Source: Ignavibacteria bacterium
Lineage (GTDB): Bacteria > Bacteroidota > Ignavibacteria > Kapaibacteriales > Kapaibacteriaceae
Reading direction: 5' to 3'
Length of the DNA stretch: 64,000 nucleotides
Assembly (NCBI GenBank): GCA_046300675.1
Contig: JBKCLO010000193.1
Span: 3,359 to 67,358, forward strand
A program made the position numbers and the translations under genes. How positions within the stretch are numbered: the first letter of the stretch is position 1; the number at the start of each line of letters is the position of its first letter. Under the pieces are notes generated by a model. The model had not been told where the DNA came from. It was given only the letters and a program-made list of their open reading frames with translations, and made no database searches. Of this stretch, positions 46,751 to 56,592 are shown piece by piece.

Positions 46751-47703
46751 ACGTTCTAACCTTTGGTAGGGATACATGGACGCACAAGCAAAAAGCGTGC
46801 ATAACAGTGGGAACATTCGATGGCGTTCATCGCGGACATCAGGGTGTTATCTCACTTATGCGCAAAGTTGCTGATGCGGAAGGATTGCGCGTCGTCGTCG
46901 TAACATTCGATCCGCATCCGCAGATCGTACTCTCACGTCCAGGACGCGAACCCCTTGGATTGCTTACAACCATCGACGAGCGATGTGAGCGACTTGCACA
47001 GGTTGGCGTAGATGACGTGGTAATCATTCCTTTTACGCTTGAGTTTGCGCAGACACCTGCAGATGCGTTCATCAAACAATTGACTGCAATGATAGATGTG
47101 CAACATTTCTTCATTGGTCACGACCATGCCTTTGGAAAGGGTCGTGGCGGTAATGAAGAGCTGTTGCTGCATCTTGGCAAAGAACTTGGTTTTGCAGTTG
47201 AACGCATACCACCCCTGCAGACAGGTGAGTTCGTCGTTAGCAGCACGTTGGTGCGCGCCACATTGAAACGTGGCGACGTAGAGCTTGCAGCCGAAATGCT
47301 TGGAAGTCCCTATTCCGTGCACGGCAATGTTGTACAAGGAGACGGCAGAGGGCGTACCCTTGGCATACCGACTGCGAATGTTCAACCAACGGATGCCAGC
47401 AAGCTGCTGCCTGCAAATGGCGTGTATGTGGTGAGTTCAATCATCGATGGCGCAGAGGTTGTTGGCATGGCAAACATTGGCGTGCGTCCAACATTCACAT
47501 CAGATTCAGCACCAACTCTGGAAGTTCACTTTCTTCAGTTCAACAACGACATATACAATGTAATGCTCAATGTGAAGTTTCATCAACGGCTTCGCAACGA
47601 GCAAAAATTCGAGTCGCGTGAGGAGTTCCTTGCGCAGCTCGAGGCAGACAAACAACAAACAATCATCTATCAACATACTATTCAACAACGGAGGAACACA
47701 TGA
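46747..47703 (+). CDS. ribF: bifunctional riboflavin kinase / FMN adenylyltransferase
   Basis: [11 protein letters not shown] nucleotidyltransferase motif. C-terminal riboflavin kinase PTANV...GVYVV...GVRPTF. ATGA overlaps at both ends. Confidence 0.9.
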   Translation: MNVLTFGRDTWTHKQKACITVGTFDGVHRGHQGVISLMRKVADAEGLRVVVVTFDPHPQIVLSRPGREPLGLLTTIDERCERLAQVGVDDVVIIPFTLEFAQTPADAFIKQLTAMIDVQHFFIGHDHAFGKGRGGNEELLLHLGKELGFAVERIPPLQTGEFVVSSTLVRATLKRGDVELAAEMLGSPYSVHGNVVQGDGRGRTLGIPTANVQPTDASKLLPANGVYVVSSIIDGAEVVGMANIGVRPTFTSDSAPTLEVHFLQFNNDIYNVMLNVKFHQRLRNEQKFESREEFLAQLEADKQQTIIYQHTIQQRRNT

Positions 47704-47966
47704 TCTCCAAAGAACGCAAAGCAGAGATTGCCGCCCAATTCGGCGGTACGTCTGCGAACACTGGCAAGCCAGAAGTTCAAATCGCGCTTCTCACAGAGCA
47801 CATCAAGGCTTTGTCAGGACACGCCGAGCAGCACAAGAAGGATCACCACTCACGTCGCGGTCTGATCATGCTGGTTGCAAAGCGTAAGAATCTGCTTTCA
47901 TACCTGATGAAGAACGACATTCAGCGCTATCGCGAAATCATCGCTGCGCTTGGTCTGCGTAAGTAA
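47700..47966 (+). CDS. rpsO: 30S ribosomal protein S15
   Basis: 88 aa. [49 protein letters not shown] is the canonical S15 sequence pattern. Confidence 0.95.
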   Translation: MISKERKAEIAAQFGGTSANTGKPEVQIALLTEHIKALSGHAEQHKKDHHSRRGLIMLVAKRKNLLSYLMKNDIQRYREIIAALGLRK

Positions 47967-47980
47967 GTCTATTCTCTTGT

Positions 47981-48010
47981 GGTGGCGGAACAGAAAGTGA
48001 TTCCGCCACC
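47981..48010 (+). promoter_or_regulatory. stable hairpin after rpsO (partial terminator / processing site in the pnp leader)
   Basis: Perfect 10-bp stem ggtggcggaa / ttccgccacc with a 10-nt loop, 15 nt after the rpsO TAA. It is not followed by a clean U-run. Confidence 0.5.
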
Positions 48011-48060
48011 CTTCTATTGTGCCTATGGGCACCAACTAACGGTCGGTATCGTGGCACTCT

Positions 48061-48097
48061 TTGTCAAGGGGCTTATGTTATGCAAGCCCCCTGACAA
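48061..48097 (+). promoter_or_regulatory. second long hairpin in the pnp 5' leader
   Basis: ttgtca-a-ggggctt / aagcccc-c-tgacaa: 13 bp with one internal mismatch and a 9-nt loop. It lies 69 nt upstream of the pnp ATG. Confidence 0.45.
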
Positions 48098-48165
48098 GGA
48101 GTGGTTGTAGACCGCGATGCCGAGATTCCTTTCTCGTTTATTTCTGTAGACATACAGGAGCATCT

Positions 48166-50607
48166 ATGAAGTCTGTAAAACGGACCATAAACGGCAAAGA
48201 CCTGATCATTGAGACAGGTCGTTTTGCCAAGCTCTCTGCCGGGGCGGTCATGCTGACCTACGGTGAGACAATGGTGCTGGTTACGGCAAATGCTAGTGCA
48301 GAGCCAAAGCCAGACATCGATTTTCTTCCACTCACTTGCGAATACCGCGAAAAGCTTGCCTCTTCTGGTAAGATTCCAGGTGGTTTCTTCCGCCGTGAAG
48401 CGCGCCCTACGAACAAGGAGATCCTTTGCTCGCGCCTCATGGACCGTCCGCTGCGCCCCCTCTTCCCAAAAGAATGGCGCAACGACACACAAGTCATCGC
48501 AACCGTCTACTCCTACGACATGGAGAACGAGCCGGATGTGCTCGGTACAATCGGTGCATCTGCTGCACTGATGATCAGCGATATCCCGTTCAAGGGGCCG
48601 ATTGCTGAGGTGCGTGTAGGTCGTGTAAACGGTGAGTTCGTGATCAATCCGACCTTCTCGCAGATCCAGGAATCAGATCTCGATATTATCGTTGCTGGTT
48701 CGGATTCTTCGATCGTAATGGTCGAAGGCTCAAGCAATGAGATCTCGGAAGATGACTTCGTTGCAGCTATGGAGTTCGGGCATCGCTGGATTCGTGAGAT
48801 CAATGCCATGCAGCGTGAGCTCATGGACATGCTCACGATCACCAAGCGTGCGCCAGTTTCGAGTGAGCCCCCTTCTGAAATCGTTGCCGCAATCGAAGCT
48901 GCAATTGTTGCTCCCATCCAAAAGCAGATTCGCATCGAATCATCGAAGGAACAGCGTTCAGCATTCCGTACAGAGGTCAAGACGCTTGCAACGAATGCAG
49001 TCGCTGAAGTTGTTGCTGCTAATCCAGACGCGTATGTCAATGTAAAAATTGACAAGCTCGTCGGAGGTATCGTCAAGAAGATCGAAGCACGCGAAATGCG
49101 CGAGATGATCTTGCAAGAGGGACGTCGTCTTGATGGTCGCACAACAACGCAGATCCGTCCGATCACTGTAGAAACAGGCGTACTTCCGCGCACACACGGC
49201 TCGGCACTCTTTACACGTGGAGAGACGCAGTCGCTTACGACTATTACGCTTGGTACAAAGAAAGACATGCAGCTCATCGATGGCCTTATGCCAACGTATG
49301 AGATCGGCTACATGCTGCACTATAACTTCCCGCCATTTTCAACTGGTGAGACGGGTCGATTCGGCTTTACAAGCCGCCGGGAGACAGGTCACGGAGATCT
49401 TGCTGAACGCTCAATCAAGCCGTTCATTCCATCGACAACAGACTTCCCATACACCATTCGTGTTGTGTCGGATATCCTTGAGTCGAATGGTTCATCATCA
49501 ATGGCAACGGTCTGCGCAGGTTCGCTCGCGTTGTTCCATGCTGGTGTTCCGATGAAGAAGGCCGTTGCGGGTATCGCGATGGGTCTGATCATGGAAGATT
49601 CACGCGTAGCAGTATTGAGCGATATCCTTGGTGATGAAGACTTCCTTGGCGACATGGACTTCAAGGTCACCGGCACCAACGAGGGTATCACGGCTTGCCA
49701 GATGGACATCAAGATCGAAGGCTTGTCGGTAGACATCATGCGCACTGCTCTGCAGCAAGCACGCGACGGACGCCTGCACATCCTAGGCATCATGAATGAG
49801 CACATGTCTGCTCCAAATGCCGAACTGTCACAGTACGCTCCAAAGCTCACAACGATCCAGATCCCAGTCGAAACTATTGGTGCGGTTATCGGGCCAGGCG
49901 GCGAAATGATTCGCAGCATCGTGAAGGAAACTGGTGCGGAGATCAACATCGATGATGATGGTACGATCACAATCGCAGCAGTGAATCAGGAAAGTGCCGA
50001 TGCAGCTATCGCACGTATTCGTGATATCACCAAGCCGATTGAGCTCGACAGCATCATCAAGGGCAAGGTCAAGGAGATTCGCGAAGGTCTTGGTGCCTTT
50101 ATCGAACTCAAGCCAAAGAAGGAAGGCCTTCTGCACATCTCGCAGATTGATTACAAGCGCGTAGAGAACGTAGCAGACGTTCTCAAGGTTGGAGACATCA
50201 TCGAAGTCAAGGTTGTAGAAGTACAGCCTGACGGAAAGATTCGTCTTTCACGTAAGGCTCTTCTCCCTGTGCCAGAAGGCATGGAAGCAGAAGAGTATGT
50301 GCCACGCGGACCACGTCCAGGCGGTGATCGTTTTGGCGGTGATCGTGGCGGACGCGGTGGAGATCGTGGTGGTCGCGGCGGAGATCGTGGTGGCGACCGT
50401 GGCGGACGCGGTGGAGATCGTGGTGGACGCAGCTTCGACCGTGACCGCGGTGGAGATCGTGGTCCACGCGGAGATCGCGACGGAGATCGCGGTCCACGCC
50501 CAGAGCGCAGACACGACGACCGTCCAGACCGTGGTGGCGATGAGCCTCGCAACGAAGGTCCACGCGATAACGGTGGAGACAACGGCGGAGACTTCTTCGT
50601 CGGCTAA
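48166..50607 (+). CDS. pnp: polyribonucleotide nucleotidyltransferase (PNPase) with a ~100-aa Arg/Gly/Asp-repeat C-terminal tail
   Basis: AGGAG at 48156-48160, then ATG 48166 ([22 protein letters not shown]...). Two RNase PH domains, then KH and S1 ([16 protein letters not shown]...GKIRLSRKA). The tail reads [64 protein letters not shown].... Confidence 0.95.
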   Translation: MKSVKRTINGKDLIIETGRFAKLSAGAVMLTYGETMVLVTANASAEPKPDIDFLPLTCEYREKLASSGKIPGGFFRREARPTNKEILCSRLMDRPLRPLFPKEWRNDTQVIATVYSYDMENEPDVLGTIGASAALMISDIPFKGPIAEVRVGRVNGEFVINPTFSQIQESDLDIIVAGSDSSIVMVEGSSNEISEDDFVAAMEFGHRWIREINAMQRELMDMLTITKRAPVSSEPPSEIVAAIEAAIVAPIQKQIRIESSKEQRSAFRTEVKTLATNAVAEVVAANPDAYVNVKIDKLVGGIVKKIEAREMREMILQEGRRLDGRTTTQIRPITVETGVLPRTHGSALFTRGETQSLTTITLGTKKDMQLIDGLMPTYEIGYMLHYNFPPFSTGETGRFGFTSRRETGHGDLAERSIKPFIPSTTDFPYTIRVVSDILESNGSSSMATVCAGSLALFHAGVPMKKAVAGIAMGLIMEDSRVAVLSDILGDEDFLGDMDFKVTGTNEGITACQMDIKIEGLSVDIMRTALQQARDGRLHILGIMNEHMSAPNAELSQYAPKLTTIQIPVETIGAVIGPGGEMIRSIVKETGAEINIDDDGTITIAAVNQESADAAIARIRDITKPIELDSIIKGKVKEIREGLGAFIELKPKKEGLLHISQIDYKRVENVADVLKVGDIIEVKVVEVQPDGKIRLSRKALLPVPEGMEAEEYVPRGPRPGGDRFGGDRGGRGGDRGGRGGDRGGDRGGRGGDRGGRSFDRDRGGDRGPRGDRDGDRGPRPERRHDDRPDRGGDEPRNEGPRDNGGDNGGDFFVG
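50344..50426 (+). repeat. in-frame tandem repeat (54-nt period) inside the pnp tail
   Basis: The 29-mer cgtggcggacgcggtggagatcgtggtgg occurs at 50344 and again at 50398. It encodes [10 protein letters not shown] units. Confidence 0.8.
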
Positions 50608-50631
50608 GCATCGCAAACGTGAAGCATCTAC

Positions 50632-50670
50632 AAGCCCCTTTCAGAGAAATCTGCAAGGGGCTTTTTCGTT
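50632..50670 (+). terminator. rho-independent terminator after pnp
   Basis: Stem aagcccctt / aaggggctt, with an inner cag/ctg pairing in the loop, followed by tttcgtt. It sits 25 nt after the TAA at 50605-50607. Confidence 0.55.
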
Positions 50671-50686
50671 GTTGTAATTTGCCACG

Positions 50687-52810
50687 ATGAAAACACTAGT
50701 ACTTGTATTCATACTGGGGAGCACGTTGAGTCTTGCTCAGGTTTCCTACCCAGAAACTCGGCGCGTTGATGTGCGCGATACGTTCCACGGCACGGTTGTG
50801 CCAGATCCATATCGATGGTTAGAAGACGACCGCGATCCAGAGGTCGAGCGATGGGTTGCCACGCAAGCCGATGTTGCTGAGAAGTATCTCTCGCAGATTC
50901 CTTTTCGTAAAAAGATGTATGATGTGCTTGATGAGCTCAATAGCGCTGTGACGTACTCTGCGCCATGGCGTAGGGCGGGTGTGATGTATTTCTACAAGAA
51001 TACTGGACGCCAAAACCATAGTGTGCTGTATCGTCAGCCAGATGGCGCTAAAGACCCCGAGGTTCTGCTGGACCCTAACACCTTTGCTATAGACGGAACC
51101 GTCTCACTTGCCTTTGCAAGCGTAAGCCAAGATGGAACGTACCTTGCCTATGGCAAGTCTCAGGCAGGATCGGACTGGCGCGATATCTATGTGATGGACC
51201 TTGCTACCAAGCGCATTCTTATCGACACCATTACATGGGTCAAGAACAGCGGCGTGAGTTGGTATAAGAATGGGTTCTTCTACTCGCGCTACGCATCAAG
51301 GAAGGGCGACACTAAATCACTGACAGCAAAGAACTCCTATCAGCAGGTGATGTATCATCATGTTGGAACGAGTCAGTCCGAGGATGCCCTTGTCTTTGCA
51401 GACCCGGCGCTGCAGCAGGCGTTTATTGGTTGCTCTGTTCCAGAGGATAGCCCTTATCTGATCCGCACGGTGCGTCTTGCAGCATCGAATGGGAACACCG
51501 TGTACATCCGTCATGTAGACTCAACACGAGCCCCCTGGAAGAAGATCTGGGACTCATCAACGGATTCATGGTATCCGAGTCACTATCACAATGGCATGCT
51601 CTACGGTACGAGCACGCAAGAAGCTCCAACTGGAAAGCTCGTACGTCTGAAAGATCCCCTTGGAAGTGCCCAGTTCGAGACGATCGTCCTTGAACGCGAC
51701 TACGTGCTTGACGACGTTTCGTATGGGGCTGGCAAGATCTTTCTCACGTGGATGAAGGACGTGCAGCACATGGTAGAGATCGCCGATATGGATGGCAAGA
51801 TCGTAGGCTCTGTTACACTGCCAAAAAACGGCGCTGTTTCGGGCTTCGACGGGCGCGATGCTGATAGCGTGCTAACCTATACATTCAGCTCCTACACAAT
51901 GCCTGCCACGATATTTGAATACGACGTCAAACGAAACATCAGCAAGGTGTGGCAAACAGCAGAGTATGGCTTTGATCCATCACAGTATGTAGCCGAGCAG
52001 GTAAAGGTAGCGAGTAAGGATGGAACGCTTGTTCCGATGACGGTTCTCTGGCATAAGTTCATCAAACGCGATGGAAGTAACCCAACGTTGCTCTATGGAT
52101 ATGGCGGCTTTAACATCTCGCAAACTCCGGGGTTCCGTCCGAGCTATATCGCACTACTCAATCAGGGATGCGTTGTTGCCATCGCTAATCTGCGAGGGGG
52201 CGGGGAGTACGGTGATGCATGGCACAAGGCAGGAACCAAGACGCAAAAGCAGAATGTGTTCGATGATGCCATTGCATGTGCAGAATGGCTGATTGAAAAC
52301 AAGTATACAAACCCAACAAAGCTTGCATTGAACGGACGCTCCAATGGTGGATTGCTCGTTGGTGCAGTCGTAAATCAGCGTCCGGATCTGTTTCGTGTTG
52401 CTCTCCCCGAAGTAGGCGTCATGGACATGCTTCGCTTCCACAAGTTCACGATCGGCTGGAACTGGCAGTCAGACTACGGCGAAATCACGAAGCCGGACGA
52501 ATTCCGGGCGCTGCATGCCTACTCTCCGTATCATCAGCTCAAGTCGGGGGTGAACTATCCCTCGATCATGGTGATGACGGCTGATCATGACGATAGAGTT
52601 GTACCAGCGCACAGCTTCAAGTACGCGGCGCAGTTGCAGTACGTCTATGCGGGAAAACGTCCTATGCTGCTGCGCGTTGAAACGAACTCGGGTCATGGCG
52701 CCGTTAACAGACAGACCAACATCAAAGGCACGGCAGACAAGTTCAGCTTCATGCTATATGAAATGGGCATCACACCAGATTTTGATACGTTCCACGTTGT
52801 TGAGGAGTAA
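50687..52810 (+). CDS. prolyl oligopeptidase (S9A family)
   Basis: N-terminal YPETRRVDVRDTFHGTVVPDPYRWLEDD. Catalytic Ser context NGRSNGGLLVGAV. Asp and His contexts ADHDDRVVP and SGHGA. Signal peptide present. Confidence 0.9.
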   Translation: MKTLVLVFILGSTLSLAQVSYPETRRVDVRDTFHGTVVPDPYRWLEDDRDPEVERWVATQADVAEKYLSQIPFRKKMYDVLDELNSAVTYSAPWRRAGVMYFYKNTGRQNHSVLYRQPDGAKDPEVLLDPNTFAIDGTVSLAFASVSQDGTYLAYGKSQAGSDWRDIYVMDLATKRILIDTITWVKNSGVSWYKNGFFYSRYASRKGDTKSLTAKNSYQQVMYHHVGTSQSEDALVFADPALQQAFIGCSVPEDSPYLIRTVRLAASNGNTVYIRHVDSTRAPWKKIWDSSTDSWYPSHYHNGMLYGTSTQEAPTGKLVRLKDPLGSAQFETIVLERDYVLDDVSYGAGKIFLTWMKDVQHMVEIADMDGKIVGSVTLPKNGAVSGFDGRDADSVLTYTFSSYTMPATIFEYDVKRNISKVWQTAEYGFDPSQYVAEQVKVASKDGTLVPMTVLWHKFIKRDGSNPTLLYGYGGFNISQTPGFRPSYIALLNQGCVVAIANLRGGGEYGDAWHKAGTKTQKQNVFDDAIACAEWLIENKYTNPTKLALNGRSNGGLLVGAVVNQRPDLFRVALPEVGVMDMLRFHKFTIGWNWQSDYGEITKPDEFRALHAYSPYHQLKSGVNYPSIMVMTADHDDRVVPAHSFKYAAQLQYVYAGKRPMLLRVETNSGHGAVNRQTNIKGTADKFSFMLYEMGITPDFDTFHVVEE

Positions 52811-52818
52811 GAAACACG

Positions 52819-53265
52819 ATGTACCGTCAGATCGTAATCGTAGTTGTTAGCGTCGTCATCTGGGGTGCTGCGACTCAGCAGGCTGCTGCACAGCAGCTTC
52901 TCTCGTCGAACGCAGATACAGAAATGCTCTCTAAGCGTTTTGCTCAGAGTATCATCAAGGGTGATTTTGTTAACGGGGCTCGTGAACTGCAGATGTTTGC
53001 CATCATGGACTCTGCTGCAATCTCGCAGATGACAGGCCGACTGCCAGACATTCTAGCCAAACATGTTGTTGCCAATGGTCCGCTAACAGAAGTTGATTGG
53101 CTATCAACGAAGACAAGAGGCAAAAGCTTCATTCGGCATACCTATGCGTTGAAGTCGCAGCGCAACGCTTTGCGCTGTGTAGTTGTATTCTACAAAGCGT
53201 CTAAAGGATGGGCCGTGCAATCGTTCGCTGTAGATGATCGTATCGCAGAAGAGATCAACGATTAG
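52819..53265 (+). CDS. hypothetical small secreted protein
   Basis: Signal peptide MYRQIVIVVVSVVIWGAATQQAAAQ. 148 aa. No recognised motif. Confidence 0.45.
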   Translation: MYRQIVIVVVSVVIWGAATQQAAAQQLLSSNADTEMLSKRFAQSIIKGDFVNGARELQMFAIMDSAAISQMTGRLPDILAKHVVANGPLTEVDWLSTKTRGKSFIRHTYALKSQRNALRCVVVFYKASKGWAVQSFAVDDRIAEEIND

Positions 53266-53273
53266 GGGTCGTA

Positions 53274-53678
53274 CTAGCCCCCTAATCCAACGATGATCTT
53301 GTATTCGGCTTCGGTAAGCGGAAGCACACTAAGGCGGCCTTGTTTTACGAGTGCAACGTTATTCATGCCTTCGGCAGCCTTGATCTCTGTGAGAGTAACC
53401 GGACGCTTCAATGCGCGCACAGGTTTGAGATCAACAACAACCCACGCTGTTTCTTCTGTCGTTGGGTCTTGATAGGCAGTCTTCACAACCTCTGCGATGC
53501 CAACTGCTGAGCGAACATCGCTCGAGTGATAGAAGATCACATGATCGCCCTTTTCCATGGCCTTCATGTTATTGCGCGCTTGATAGTTGCGCACGCCATC
53601 CCAAAACGTCTTCTTATCAGCAATAAACTGTTCCCAGGAATAGACCTCGGGTTCGGATTTCGCAAGCCAGTAATTCAT
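53274..53678 (-). CDS. EVE (PUA-like) domain protein
   Basis: MNYWLAKSEPEVYSWEQF...FWDGVRNYQARNNMKAMEKGDHVIFYHS is the typical EVE N-terminal pattern. Start at the internal ATG (codon 10 of the track ORF), 5 nt after the upstream stop. Confidence 0.8.
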   Translation of the reverse strand: MNYWLAKSEPEVYSWEQFIADKKTFWDGVRNYQARNNMKAMEKGDHVIFYHSSDVRSAVGIAEVVKTAYQDPTTEETAWVVVDLKPVRALKRPVTLTEIKAAEGMNNVALVKQGRLSVLPLTEAEYKIIVGLGG

Positions 53679-53683
53679 GCGGA

Positions 53684-54073
53684 TTACTTCGATGGTTGAA
53701 CACAACGCACGACAACAAAATAACGAGCAGGTGAGTTCGGTCCGCTGTGTGTAATGGTGTATTCCACTGTGTTTAGCGAATCCTTGAAATGCTTGGCATT
53801 GATAGCGCAGTAGAACTTGGCCGGATTGTCCTTGGTTGCAATGGCACGTTGTATGGAGGCTGATGCGCAGCCGCAGGAACCTGTTATCCCCGTAAGGTGC
53901 AGGGTGTCTTGTCCAGCAGCATACACAGGCACCATTGCCTGCACGTAGCCCGACGCATCACGATCTACACGCAGTGTCTCCGGCTCAAAGCGAAGAACAG
54001 GCGCTGGCAGTCGCTGCTCTTGTTGTGGGAGAGCAAGCAGCATGCTTAGTACAAGGAGGACAGCTGTCATCAC
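53684..54073 (-). CDS. DUF1573-like secreted protein
   Basis: Signal peptide MMTAVLLVLSMLLALP. Characteristic GSCGCASA (sCGCt) motif within an Ig-like ~100-aa body. Confidence 0.6.
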   Translation of the reverse strand: MMTAVLLVLSMLLALPQQEQRLPAPVLRFEPETLRVDRDASGYVQAMVPVYAAGQDTLHLTGITGSCGCASASIQRAIATKDNPAKFYCAINAKHFKDSLNTVEYTITHSGPNSPARYFVVVRCVQPSK

Positions 54074-54819
54074 TGCATTGTACGATAAAGCGCTTCAAGA
54101 TCATCGATGATCTCTGTGACGTCGTAACAACCTTTGCGTTCTGCGATCCACGAAGCAGCCAGAAGAGCCCCTTGCGCAAAGCCGCTTCTATTCTTGGCGT
54201 TGTGTACGATCTCAATGTTCTCAAATGGACTATCGAGCGTAACGATGTGCTTGCCAATGATGGAGCCGCCGCGGGTTGAGGTTACGTGCAGTGCCTGAGT
54301 GTCAATGCGCTGGTGCTGCGTCTCTGTAACGATGGCCGTCTTCCTGTCCACTCGTTGCATGATGTCATGTGCAATCGTATGTGCCGTGCCGCTTGGGCTG
54401 TCAACCTTACGCGCGTGATGGTATTCATGCACCATGATGTCGAAGTCTGAATTGCCATTGACAAGCATGGCCGCATTGCGTACAAGGCGGAAGAAGAGAT
54501 GAGTGCCGAGGCTAAAGTTCGAGCCCCATACACAACCAGTGTCCGCATCGTGGATCTTTGCACGCACATCGTGCATGTGATCATACCAGCCAGTTGTGCC
54601 GATTACGATTGGACGCTTGAGTGTGCAGAGAGTGCCGACGTTCTGCATCACAACATCGGGTGCTGTAAAGTCGATAGCAACATCAAAATCTGTAGGCGAG
54701 AGGTCGTTGATAGGTTGCTCTACATCATAGATGTACACGATCTCACAACCTACACTAGGCGCAAGGCGCTCAACTTCTTTGCCCATCGCCCCATATCCAA
54801 GGATAGCTACTCTTGTCAT
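54070..54819 (-). CDS. dapB: 4-hydroxy-tetrahydrodipicolinate reductase
   Basis: NAD(P) fold MTRVAILGYGAMGKEV. Signature EYHHARKVDSPSGTA. GTTGW. Confidence 0.9.
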   Translation of the reverse strand: MTRVAILGYGAMGKEVERLAPSVGCEIVYIYDVEQPINDLSPTDFDVAIDFTAPDVVMQNVGTLCTLKRPIVIGTTGWYDHMHDVRAKIHDADTGCVWGSNFSLGTHLFFRLVRNAAMLVNGNSDFDIMVHEYHHARKVDSPSGTAHTIAHDIMQRVDRKTAIVTETQHQRIDTQALHVTSTRGGSIIGKHIVTLDSPFENIEIVHNAKNRSGFAQGALLAASWIAERKGCYDVTEIIDDLEALYRTMQ

Positions 54820-55484
54820 GCGTGTTCTCCGTGATCTTCAGTCAGGACTGCCGAAGGAAGATTCGAAATATTCACGAGACCGCCATCACGTAGTTCGTAC
54901 ACCGAAGCATTGGGCATGAGCAATGCCAGGCTTGGTTGTGAAGTCGTGATTACGACCGAGCGCTGATTGGTATTGATGCGAGTTAGTGTGTCGAGCAGTG
55001 ACCGTAGAGAGACTTCGTCACAACCATCAAGCGCCTGATCTGCAATGATGACGGATGTTTCACCGATCCATGCGCGTGCCACGGCAACGAGGGTGCGTTC
55101 CCATGACGAAAGATTGCAGACAGCAAGCGAGCGTATGTGGCTGATATGGAGATCGGCAAAAAGTTCGAGTGCCTGTGTCGCAGCACGTTCTTTTTCTAAA
55201 CCGCGGGCTGCAGCTGCGAATAACACATTATCGAATGCCGACAGGTTTTCGTGGAACGTTGGTATGTGCTCAACGAATCCAATCTCTGTCCGCAACCCAT
55301 CTATACTGCAGCTCCCTGCAGATGGCGGTAGAGTCCCCGAAAGCAGCCTCGCAAATGTTGTCTTGCCCGAGCCACTTCGTCCGATGATCACGGCCTGCTG
55401 AGCCCCCTCTACACAGAACTGGATGCTTGAAAGAATGTTGTGAGAGCCGGCAACATAGCTGGCATCCTGAAGCTCGATCTTCAT
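54816..55484 (-). CDS. ABC-transporter ATP-binding-protein-like protein with degenerate catalytic motifs
   Basis: Walker A is intact (GRSGSGKTT). The Q-loop reads VEHIP (no Gln). The signature is LSSWE instead of LSGGQ. Walker B is IIADQA (Glu replaced by Gln). The H-loop is ITTSQ (no His). No permease gene is adjacent. Confidence 0.75.
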   Translation of the reverse strand: MKIELQDASYVAGSHNILSSIQFCVEGAQQAVIIGRSGSGKTTFARLLSGTLPPSAGSCSIDGLRTEIGFVEHIPTFHENLSAFDNVLFAAAARGLEKERAATQALELFADLHISHIRSLAVCNLSSWERTLVAVARAWIGETSVIIADQALDGCDEVSLRSLLDTLTRINTNQRSVVITTSQPSLALLMPNASVYELRDGGLVNISNLPSAVLTEDHGEHA

Positions 55485-56545
55485 GGCGCCTCTGCGGTAG
55501 GGGTATCATCACCATTGCCCATCAGCACACCAAGTGGACGTGTGTTGGGGAAGGATTCGAGGATCACTTTGATGATTGCAACGATCGGGATGGAAAGAAT
55601 CATGCCTACGATGCCCCACATCCAGCCCCAGAAAATCAGTGAAAACAGGACAACGACGGGACTAAGCTTGAGTTGCACACCCATGATCTTTGGTTCGAGA
55701 ACGTTGCCGATGAAGTTTTGCACGAGTGCGAGCACTGCAAGCAGGATGAGTGTGCTCGTGACGTCGCCAGTTTGGACCATGTAGAGCAAAACCGGAAGGA
55801 TAGTTGAGAGCAACGATCCAATATTCGGTATGTAATGAAGTGCAAACGATATCAGTCCGAATAACGCCGCAAAGTCGACACCAAAAGCAAACAGCACTAG
55901 CCACGTAGCAACGCCATTAACGATATTGAAAGCGGTCTTTACCTGCAGGTACTTGCGGATCTTCCCATTGAGCTCCGTCATGATACCAACAAGACGTTCT
56001 TCCTCGTTGTTCTTGAACGCTTGGCGAATCTTCGTCGATAGCGAGTCGCCCGCAAGAAGCATAAATAACAGATAGAGCAAGACCATTACACTATCGCTCA
56101 GAATGGTAAGGATACTTGCTGCCTGCTGCGTTGCAAGTGCCGTGATGGCCTGCATGGAGATCACGTCTTTCCAGCTAAACGCCTTGTGGCCCTGACCGAG
56201 GAACGGATTGATAACATCGCCGGCATTCTTCAGCAGTACGTTCAGTTTCTCTGCATAATAGTCTGAGCGCTCAGTAAACGACTCTGCCCCTGCAGCGCCG
56301 ATAAGATAGAACATCCAAATTCCGGTGGCCGTAATACCGAGGACAATGATCAGTCCGATGGCACGTGGAACACCACGTTTGCGCAGTGATTCTACGACTG
56401 GTTTGAAGAGAATCGACAAAAAACCGGCCAGCACAAATGGGATGATGATTCCACCTAAGTGCTTGAGGACGATGCCGACTGCAATCACAGCAATCAGAGC
56501 GGTAGAGACAGCGGCAAGCCGCTGCCACGAGGAATTTTGTGACAT
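55481..56545 (-). CDS. AI-2E family transporter (PerM/UPF0118)
   Basis: About 8 TM helices with the typical family layout. C-terminal conserved block GNVLEPKIMGVQLKLSPVVVLFSLIFWGWMWGIVGMILSIP. Start at ATG 56545 (MSQNSSWQRL...). Confidence 0.85.
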   Translation of the reverse strand: MSQNSSWQRLAAVSTALIAVIAVGIVLKHLGGIIIPFVLAGFLSILFKPVVESLRKRGVPRAIGLIIVLGITATGIWMFYLIGAAGAESFTERSDYYAEKLNVLLKNAGDVINPFLGQGHKAFSWKDVISMQAITALATQQAASILTILSDSVMVLLYLLFMLLAGDSLSTKIRQAFKNNEEERLVGIMTELNGKIRKYLQVKTAFNIVNGVATWLVLFAFGVDFAALFGLISFALHYIPNIGSLLSTILPVLLYMVQTGDVTSTLILLAVLALVQNFIGNVLEPKIMGVQLKLSPVVVLFSLIFWGWMWGIVGMILSIPIVAIIKVILESFPNTRPLGVLMGNGDDTPTAEAP

Positions 56546-56560
56546 GCTACAAAATAGGGG

Positions 56561-56568
56561 TATTTTTG
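56561..56568 (+). promoter_or_regulatory. putative -7 promoter element TATTTTTG upstream of the deoxyhypusine-synthase-like gene
   Basis: Exact TAnnTTTG match 25 nt upstream of ATG 56593, in a 47-nt divergent gap. Confidence 0.3.
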
Positions 56569-56592
56569 CCGTCCAATTGTAAGGACCCCCCC

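Noticed and set aside
48513-49277. 254-aa ORF antisense to pnp. Similar long antisense ORFs occur at 41157-41690 in nusA, 17926-18516 in secD/secF, 61683-62396 in the PhoX-like gene, and 5386-5904 in the Gly-rich gene.
   Set aside because: All lie entirely inside strongly supported genes on the opposite strand. They have low-complexity or Ser/Arg/Cys-rich composition, with no recognisable motifs or signal sequences. They are typical shadow ORFs.
50344-50426. Direct repeats that might suggest a CRISPR or minisatellite locus.
   Set aside because: There are only two exact copies, with no unique spacers, and the period (54 nt) is a multiple of three in frame with pnp. It is a coding tandem repeat.
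50151-50677. Four overlapping ORFs in other frames and strands (PRSPP-repeat, VAT/VVE-rich) around the pnp 3' end.
   Set aside because: They are a by-product of the GGDRGG-encoding tandem repeat, which lacks stops in several frames. The pnp frame is continuous with the S1 domain and ends at a terminator.
53274-53678. EVE domain protein as a possible modified-base reader of a defence system.
   Set aside because: It is a stand-alone ~134-aa EVE protein with no fused or adjacent nuclease, McrBC-like or methyltransferase gene. It is the last gene of a housekeeping operon (AI-2E/ABC-like/dapB/DUF1573).
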